From NCBI RefSeq assembly GCF_001194135.2, contig NC_068999.1, positions 15,705,985-15,753,926 on the forward strand: a stretch of 47,942 bases of DNA. The letters are read 5' to 3'. The first letter of the stretch is position 1. The number at the start of each line of letters is the position of its first letter. The translations under genes and the position numbers were made by a program. The stretch is from Octopus bimaculoides. Its lineage: Eukaryota. A model generated the notes under the pieces. That model worked only from the letters and a program-made list of their open reading frames with translations. It was not told the DNA's origin and searched no databases. This document shows positions 40,395 through 47,942 of this stretch, piece after piece.

Positions 40395-41580
40395 CACTGG
40401 ACAACGAAGATTTTGCTACTGGGGTAAAATATGTGTTTCAGACTAAACTGAGTGTGCTGATTCCGAATCTACATTTAGAATTGTTCTAGCATGTCAGGAT
40501 TTTGAGCTATGCGCATGCACAAGATTATAACAATACTTTCGGGTGGATATAGGCTGTATTATAAATTTTGCTAAAATAAAAGCGGTCTTAATTCAAAATT
40601 AAAGAAATAACAGCAATAAAACAAACGATGCGTAAGTTCATTATTCAGTTTTCACTGCCGTCATGTGCTGTATGTGTATCTGTCACTTTGCGTTATTACT
40701 GTTTTAACTGTGTTCATTGTGTTAGATCATGAATAGGAGATTCTGTGTGTATCACCCGGACCACCTTTGTTATATCTGTGGAAAACTTGCACCGCGTGAG
40801 CAGCGGAAAAACGTTGTCACCAAATTAAATACTGCTTATAAATATTATTTCGGGTGTACATTTGGGGGCCAAGACAAGAGGTGGGCACCTCATATATTCT
40901 GCACCGTGTGTTACTCAGGGCTTAAACAGTGGCTGAATGGAAAATGGAAGGGAATGCCTTTTGCTGTACCAATGGTATAGTGTGAGCCAACCAATCATGT
41001 CTCTGATTGTTACTTTTGCATGACTAATATTAGTGGTTTTCAGAAATTGTGTATGGAGATTGTAAGTTGGCTCTAAAATCACATCTCGATTATTTCCAAC
41101 GAATTTTGGTGCCGTTAGTGATGAGCATAGTGAGAGGTTCAATCAGGACATATCTGAGATGGGAACGAGATATTAAGGCCGATTCAATCCACACTTAATG
41201 GGTGACTACTGCTGATTCCTACAACAGGAGACAATCACGACACATAATTGCAAGAGCAAGTGTCTGAAACATTTCTGAGCAGAGTGAATTAAAAATGAAA
41301 TGAGTATTGCCTTAACATAAATATTCAATGTACCATTATATTATGATACTATTTGCTCTAAACATAAATATACTAAATACAGTACTAATATACTATTATG
41401 ACAAATATTCATCTTGAACTTAACCATTCCTGATACTAGTATTAATATATAATTATGCGCATAACTCAAAATTCTGATGTGCTACAGCGATTCTGAGTTC
41501 AGTTTCGAAATCAGTGTACTCGATTTAGTTTAGTACAGTTCTACTTGTCTGCGTAGACAATAATTTGTTATTTCCCAGTG
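40395..41580 (+). mobile_element. Internally deleted, decayed DNA transposon, Chapaev-3/CMC-like
   Basis: The termini are CACTGG...CCAGTG. TIRs lie at ~40395-40516 and ~41455-41580, and their inner 75 nt align at 57 of 75 positions. They enclose transposase remnants. The superfamily name comes from recall of the protein motifs and CAC..GTG ends. No clear TSD (ttg/aag). Confidence 0.75.
40729..41278 (+). pseudogene. Disrupted transposase remnant: N-terminal Cys-rich region fused to the C-terminal catalytic-end region
   Basis: The N-terminal part reads MNRRFCVYHPDHLCYICG...YFGCTFGGQDKRWAPHIFCTVC...MPFAVPMV*CEPTNHVSDCYFCMTNISGFQK, with TAG replacing the expected W. After a deletion and frameshifts it reads SHLDYF/PTNFGAVSDEHSERFNQDISEMGTRY*GRFNPHLMGDYC*FL. 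The middle of the protein is missing. Confidence 0.85.
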
Positions 41581-41837
41581 AAGCCAAATTAAATGAGTTT
41601 ACTATATATACAAGAGATGTGAGGTGCCGAGTTGAATTTCTTCTGACACTTGACGCTCTGATTTCGAATATCACCAAGATCAGCTTCTCTGTGTCACTAA
41701 AATAAAATACCATCAACTAGTGAGGTAAACTTACCATCAACTAGTGTGAACGAGGAAATCTCAACTCAAAAATGCTGGCCTTGTGACTAAATGGAGAACT
41801 ATAAGTAAGAAAATTTAATCATTAGAATATTTTTCTT

Positions 41838-42056
41838 AAAGGTGGCTACCTGTGAGAATTGTAAGAACGCCGGACAAAATACTGAGTGGCATTTCGTTTG
41901 TCCCTACGTTCTAAGTTTAATTTCCGCTGAGGTCGATTTGCCTTTCATTCTTTCAGGATTAATAAAATAATCACTAATTACACACTTGAGTCTTTATAAT
42001 CGACTAGTCCCATTCCCTGAAAGTCAAGGGACCAGTGTCTATGGTAGAAACGATTA
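41838..42056 (+). mobile_element. SINE family A, diverged; a tail fragment precedes it at ~41755-41800
   Basis: Blocks present: aacgccggacaaaatac, ctacgttctaagttt, gaggtcgatttgcctttcattctttc, taatcgactag and gtagaaacgattat. Confidence 0.7.
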
Positions 42057-42913
42057 TACCATTCTTTAGAGGGTGGCTAGATAGAAGACCCTTTCGTGTT
42101 AGAAAGTTTTGAGATATTTGCACCAATACTCTGTGCTTCATATTTTGTATTGGTTAACTTTGTCTGTCACGATATTGGGGCTGGATAATACTCAAAAAGT
42201 AACCAGCTATGGAAGATGGGGTACCTGAAATATTAGCTGATTGAGTCATGGGAGGTGCTCTGTGTTCTGAAAGCAATGCTGATACCTACATTGCTAGAAA
42301 GCGATATCGGCACACGTCGGCCGTCTCTTTAACAGATAAATATCGGATGTGAGAAAAGAGAAGATTTGCATGCATAATCAATCAACTAAAAGATATATGC
42401 GTGGGACTACACATCTAAATGGGTTGCTGCTTCGTAAACCCTGACTGGCATTTCCCTACATATTAACTTTAACGATAATACATATACCACGATAGAATAT
42501 AAATGGTATATGTATTGTATTCCGAAAAATATCATTACAGATGACTACGGATACAAAGTAAAGATTTGAGGTGAGATTTGAATAGAAACAATTGTTGCTA
42601 ACAGAGCACCAAATCAGAATGAATATTCGTACAAACATCTTTTGACAGACATTATTTAAGATATAACAAAGGAATCGTAGAGCCTCGGGAAGGATAATGA
42701 CAAACAAAACGAGAGCACAATTGCTGCAACACTTATAGCAAATTGTTGCATATTGTAAAATGAAATAAAATGCTACTAGATAGCACTCGAATTAAGAATG
42801 TATAAGCGACAAAATATATTTGAAGAATAATCGTTAACTATGTTTGTTTTTCAAGGTTACGTGTACATACATATATATGTAGATGTATATATACATATAC
42901 ATACATACATATA

Positions 42914-43829
42914 NNNNNNNNNNNNNNNNNNNNNNNNNNNNNNNNNNNNNNNNNNNNNNNNNNNNNNNNNNNNNNNNNNNNNNNNNNNNNNNNNNNNNNN
43001 NNNNNNNNNNNNNNNNNNNNNNNNNNNNNNNNNNNNNNNNNNNNNNNNNNNNNNNNNNNNNNNNNNNNNNNNNNNNNNNNNNNNNNNNNNNNNNNNNNNN
43101 NNNNNNNNNNNNNNNNNNNNNNNNNNNNNNNNNNNNNNNNNNNNNNNNNNNNNNNNNNNNNNNNNNNNNNNNNNNNNNNNNNNNNNNNNNNNNNNNNNNN
43201 NNNNNNNNNNNNNNNNNNNNNNNNNNNNNNNNNNNNNNNNNNNNNNNNNNNNNNNNNNNNNNNNNNNNNNNNNNNNNNNNNNNNNNNNNNNNNNNNNNNN
43301 NNNNNNNNNNNNNNNNNNNNNNNNNNNNNNNNNNNNNNNNNNNNNNNNNNNNNNNNNNNNNNNNNNNNNNNNNNNNNNNNNNNNNNNNNNNNNNNNNNNN
43401 NNNNNNNNNNNNNNNNNNNNNNNNNNNNNNNNNNNNNNNNNNNNNNNNNNNNNNNNNNNNNNNNNNNNNNNNNNNNNNNNNNNNNNNNNNNNNNNNNNNN
43501 NNNNNNNNNNNNNNNNNNNNNNNNNNNNNNNNNNNNNNNNNNNNNNNNNNNNNNNNNNNNNNNNNNNNNNNNNNNNNNNNNNNNNNNNNNNNNNNNNNNN
43601 NNNNNNNNNNNNNNNNNNNNNNNNNNNNNNNNNNNNNNNNNNNNNNNNNNNNNNNNNNNNNNNNNNNNNNNNNNNNNNNNNNNNNNNNNNNNNNNNNNNN
43701 NNNNNNNNNNNNNNNNNNNNNNNNNNNNNNNNNNNNNNNNNNNNNNNNNNNNNNNNNNNNNNNNNNNNNNNNNNNNNNNNNNNNNNNNNNNNNNNNNNNN
43801 NNNNNNNNNNNNNNNNNNNNNNNNNNNNN

Positions 43830-43830
<1 letters not shown>
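42914..43830. other. Largest assembly gap (N run)
   Basis: Other large gaps are at 4540-4859, 7356-7709, 11688-12207, 20681-21332 and 31035-31166, plus several of 10-40 nt. Most are bordered by (TA)n/(CA)n tracts, as expected for a short-read scaffold. Confidence 1.
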
Positions 43831-43879
<49 letters not shown>

Positions 43880-45585
43880 TACATCTGTGATCGTTCTGAA
43901 ACATAATTAAGAATAGGATTTTAAGAGGTGTTAACAAGTTAACAAGTTAGTTTTAAATAATCTTTTCTCCTTTTATTTTTTTCACTTTTTCTAAGTAAAT
44001 ATATCGGAAATGTACACTGTAATTCCATCACATTCTTTCACCGAAATTATCATCTATATATATATATGGGCAAATTTACTTCTAAAGTAACCAAAATCTA
44101 CAATGTGCTTCTGCAGTCTTCTGATAATAGTAAATGAGTGAAAAAATATCCTTATTTCTGTTACCAGAAATACATATTCCCTGTATTAACTATTGCACGT
44201 CAATCTGTAAGGGAACTTGAGAGTGCAGAAACTATAAATAAGTTCTATGAAGTCCTAATGTATGCAGTCATAGGTGTAGAGAAACAAATGCATGCCGTGA
44301 ACTATCATCGACTGAGGACCTGTTAAACTAAATGTCTGACGGTATTTACTTCGTTCGGTGTTCGAAACCTATCAAGCACATCTTAGTAATATCTACTTTC
44401 GGCTTTGATAAAATAAACACACAATCATGTACTGAGATGGATGGTAGTAAATAAATCCTTGCATCAAAACTGATGGCCTTGTAACTAAATTAGAATTTTT
44501 TTAAAGAGAAACACAAGGTTTCGGTTGCCGTTTGACCTGAAAGAAATAGCAGCTAAAATCATACCGTATTCTCTAAAAAGGAAAACTACACACGAAGGTT
44601 AGCTCCTAAACATACAGAAGCATGATATATTGAGTACTAGCTTACACAATCGGTTCTTAACTAGTTACTAGTATAACTACAAAGCTAAAGGTAGATATAG
44701 ATACGTTAATAAGAGTATCAGGTAGAAGTGTAGTAGTATTAACATTAATATTACTAATAAAATTTAAAACAATAAAAATGTGTGTTATGTTCTAATAAAA
44801 TCTTTGACTGAAAATCTTCATAGGCTTAACTGTTGAGGAGCTAAACAGAGTGGAACAAAGTTTATACTGATGTTATGAATATGCCTATTACTTGATATGA
44901 GGAAAATTCAATCTTGATCGATTGTATATAAATCCCTGACTGGACATAGAATTTCGTCCCATTTCACAGTCTCTCTGCACTTTTGTTTCACAGAACTACT
45001 GAAATAAGATTACTGATGTTGCAATAATAATAATGCTGGGGAGCACAGGGAAAGAGAGATTAAAAGAATTTCAATAAAAAGAAAAATATCAACGAAGTAA
45101 ATAAAAGAATGTTTAGACATCAGCCAAAGAGACGGATTTTCCGGCAAGCAGAATATCTAGGTGAACGTAGGAAGTGGGTTCAGCTGAAAGATGCAGGAAT
45201 AATGAAATCAATAAGAACCTACAGTATTGTTTACAATTAGCAAGAGACTTGAACTGTTCTTATCAAATACGAGATAGATGGAAGTCAGTAAGAAAATGTT
45301 ACATGTCTTGCGTAGAGGAGATAACAATCATTTGTAATGTTAAAAATGCAAAATACAACTAAAAGTTCACAAAGAAAGTGGTGCTTATTGTTTTACTATT
45401 TTACAGATAACATTGTGTCTTTTACAGGGTTTAGTTACTTGGATAAGATCATAACTATGGTGGTGTCATCAAGGATTTTATATTCGATCATATCGGCCAT
45501 AGGACTATTATCTGCGAAATGTTGATTCTGTTTTATACTTCTTTTCTTTTAAACACATCATTGGGCATTGAATATCGTTATCAGA

Positions 45586-45630
45586 TTGTAAGACTCTAGT
45601 GTTTCCTCGTTGTCACGCGTCGTCAACCAC
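45586..45630 (-). ncRNA. Hammerhead motif, left arm (C3->U, GUC cleavage triplet intact)
   Basis: The minus strand reads gtgg-TTGACGA-CGCGT-gaca-ACGAG-GAAAC-actaga-GTC-TTACAA. Confidence 0.6.
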
Positions 45631-45740
45631 AACGACTCAGTAGTCGCTCATAGCCACAAATAACTTACTCTTCTAGATACCGGTTGCTGTTACGATATGA
45701 AGACAAACTTTTAGTTTGTGTGAACGACGACTCTTGGCTT

Positions 45741-45787
45741 TTGTAACTGATGACGCGTGAAAACGAGGAAACATATGCATCCTACAG
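45741..45787 (+). ncRNA. Hammerhead motif, right arm (CUGAUGA and GAAAC intact, GUC->AUC)
   Basis: The sequence reads TTGTAA-CTGATGA-CGCGT-gaaa-ACGAG-GAAAC-atatgc-ATC-CTACAG. Its 5' strand TTGTAA is the exact complement of the TTACAA retained in the left arm. Confidence 0.6.
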
Positions 45788-47308
45788 TATGCTAACATCA
45801 ATCGTATGCATCCCCGTGATTGTTTTTCATTCATAATGTGTATAAGGACAATTTTTTCTCACGAAACAATTTCTGCAGCGTATGTTTCTCCATATCCGAA
45901 TGCACAGAAAACATGTTCAATATGATTGTACACATCGCTCTCTCTCTCTCTCTCTATCTATATATCTCTATTTCTCTCTCTATCTCTCTATCTATTAGTC
46001 ACTCGGCCTGCCTATCTAACTGTAAAGATAAATATCTGATAAAAAAAAAACTCAAAATTTTATTTGTTTTCTATTATTTATTTACTATTACATGTGTTTC
46101 TTTTGCTGATAGGAATGACAACTTACAATTACAATCTTAATATATATGTGGACTAATATATAGCATGAACTGGAAGAAGCAGATATGCTTCAAGAGAGAA
46201 CAATTGCTATCTATCTATCTATCTATCCATCTCTCCCAATATATGTGCATACACACACACATATGGTATCTACATACATGTGTGTGTATATATTTGCGCG
46301 TGTTTGCGGCAGACGAACATTCAAATGGTTCAAATCGTTGGTTCAGTCGAAGCAAAACCAAAAATCTCTTGCTTAAAGTGCCGAGTTTCTGAAGATCAGA
46401 TTGTATCTGTGTGAGAGTGCACTATGTAATGGGAATGATTAGATACTAGGTAAAATATATTACCAATTGATGCTTAGCCATTTATACTTAATATTATGTT
46501 TGCGATATAATGCAACATGCCAATATATGTTAGTGACACAGTGACCACATTTTTTCGTAGCAGTGCGACATTTTTGATACCTACCTTAAAGTGCTACCTT
46601 AATTCGGTAGCGAACAATTATCGATATAGCACAGGAGACTCAGAATTAACATTAACAGAATGACAATGATATAAGTGATGAAAATAATGGAAATAGAACT
46701 AAGTATTAGGAACAAATGCTACTTTTATTAGAGATTTCTCTTCACATGAATGTAATTTCCTAAGAGTGACAATATTAACTCTATTAGAATGTGTTAAATT
46801 TAAAGATAGAGAAAAAGAAATTTCTACAAGTTATAATTAAGCAAATGTTTGCCAAGGGAACGAAAAGCAAATTATGATACATAATTATGCCGTTTTCTTC
46901 ATATACAAACACAGTTAATCAATATATTTTAGAAATTACATTTTAGTGACGGAATATTTATCTGCAAAATCAGCATTGCTATATAGATTTCTAATTCCCT
47001 GGAGACAAAATGGCACGTAAAATTTACTGTTGTTGTTGCTGTTTATATTGTTTAAACATAGATCAACCCCGATAAATCATAATTATGATGAAATACATTT
47101 CAGCTGTGCCCACCCGTTGTTTTTATCGTAAACAAAGTACATCCAGAAATGATTACCCAACTATCCTTCTTTCTCCTAGACGGCATAATGTGAATTTAAT
47201 GAACTTTAGTTGCTATCTTCTGTGATATTTTTTGATGGTCAATTGACTTCAAACACGCGTACACGCACACACAAACAGGAACACTAACACACACACACAC
47301 ACACACAG

Positions 47309-47339
<31 letters not shown>

Positions 47340-47478
47340 TAAACACACACACACACACACACACATACACGAGCGCTTAGAGACATACACGCACAAACTT
47401 ATATGCTGATGTGTGATAATCTGCAACTTAATATGTATGTATGTGTATATATGTATATATATAAATATATATATAAAT

Positions 47479-47899
47479 ATATGTTGTTGTACTTGGGGAT
47501 GGTCATATTGCCAGTTTTGCCAATAAAAACACACGCACTGTATATTTGGTGTTAATTTGCTTCAGCTTTATATTACATTATATTACATTAATCCTATTTC
47601 GGCCATAGTTCTTTCGTCACACTTCTGTGTGTCCCACCTTGCTAACTATCAGCCATTTTGTATTTTGTATACAAAATACAAAATGGCTGATACTTAGCAA
47701 GGTGAGACACACAGAAGAAAGAAGAAAGCAAAGGACCACCGATGAGGTCACAGAAGTGTGACGAAAGAACTCTAGCTGAAATAGGATTAATGTATTATAA
47801 TGTAATATAAAACTGAAGCAAATTAACACCAAATATACAGTGCGTGTGTTTTTATTGGCAAAACTGGTAATATGTCCATCCCCAAGTACAACAACATAT
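47479..47899. mobile_element. Spacer-less long palindrome (foldback element) with a hammerhead motif in the right arm
   Basis: The centre lies between 47669 and 47670 (ttttgta|tacaaaa). The left arm (47479-47669, 191 bp) matches the reverse complement of the right arm (47670-47899) with 9 substitutions. The right arm also has one extra 39-bp segment bounded by CACAGAAG repeats (47710-47717 and 47749-47756). Confidence 0.85.
47733..47777 (+). ncRNA. Minimal type-I hammerhead ribozyme motif with a U4->C change
   Basis: The sequence reads GGACCA-CCGATGA-G-GTCACA-gaag-TGTGAC-GAAA-GAA-CT-C-TAGCT. Helix II is a perfect 6-bp stem with a tetraloop. The left-arm variant reads CT-A-TGGCC, which restores helix I pairing with GGACCA. 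Confidence 0.6.
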
Positions 47900-47942
47900 G
47901 TTTCAACACACGATTTCACATCAAAACTCTTGCAAAACAAAT

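Larger units (their letters stand above)
45555..45830. mobile_element. Head-to-head inverted pair of hammerhead-bearing repeats (older and more diverged)
   Basis: The reverse complement of 45601-45626 (TTGACGACGCGTGACAACGAGGAAAC) matches 45747-45772 (CTGATGACGCGTGAAAACGAGGAAAC) at 23 of 26 positions. Weaker similarity extends on both sides. The outer boundaries are approximate and no TSD was found. Confidence 0.65.

Noticed and set aside
41708-41746. 15-bp direct repeat TACCATCAACTAGTG with a 9-bp spacer (similar short duplications at ~13550-13575 and 33000-33028)
   Set aside because: Only two copies each. These are ordinary local duplications, not CRISPR-like arrays.
42834-43937. Long ORFs spanning N runs (also at 4.5, 7.1-7.9, 11.5-12.3, 20.6-21.5 and 30.9 kb)
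   Set aside because: They are open only because N codons are not stops, and the flanking residues are microsatellite translations (YIYI, CVCV, HTHT).
44112-44130. Minus-strand SEDC, resembling the neuroligin SEDCLYLN motif
   Set aside because: It continues as RS, not LYLN, and has no splice context.

Overview
AT-rich, microsatellite-dense animal genomic DNA with many N gaps. The repeat families look like those of Octopus (inference from recalled SINE sequences, not a database hit). The only protein-coding host sequence I can support is one 150-bp internal exon on the minus strand (26179-26328) encoding a neuroligin-type carboxylesterase-fold segment ([42 protein letters not shown]). The rest of the window therefore appears to be two very large introns of that gene, unless further exons lie in gaps. 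These introns hold about 20 copies or fragments of several tRNA-derived SINE families (some in head-to-tail arrays or inverted pairs) and a decayed, internally deleted Chapaev-3/CMC-like DNA transposon. The unexpected signal is a set of small non-coding elements carrying minimal type-I hammerhead ribozyme motifs, at six loci from about five unrelated sequence families. Three share one architecture: two head-to-head inverted copies of a hammerhead-bearing repeat (24.1-24.5 kb, 45.6-45.8 kb, 47.5-47.9 kb). One of these also has a tRNA-like Pol III head and an exact 13-bp target-site duplication. Another is a spacer-less palindrome with 191-bp arms that are 95% identical. They resemble non-autonomous Penelope-like (pLTR-only) or retrozyme-like elements, and no RT or GIY-YIG ORF is present in the window. 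Most motifs carry core mutations, and ribozyme activity is untested. Nearly all ORFs in the supplied track are microsatellite or gap artefacts.
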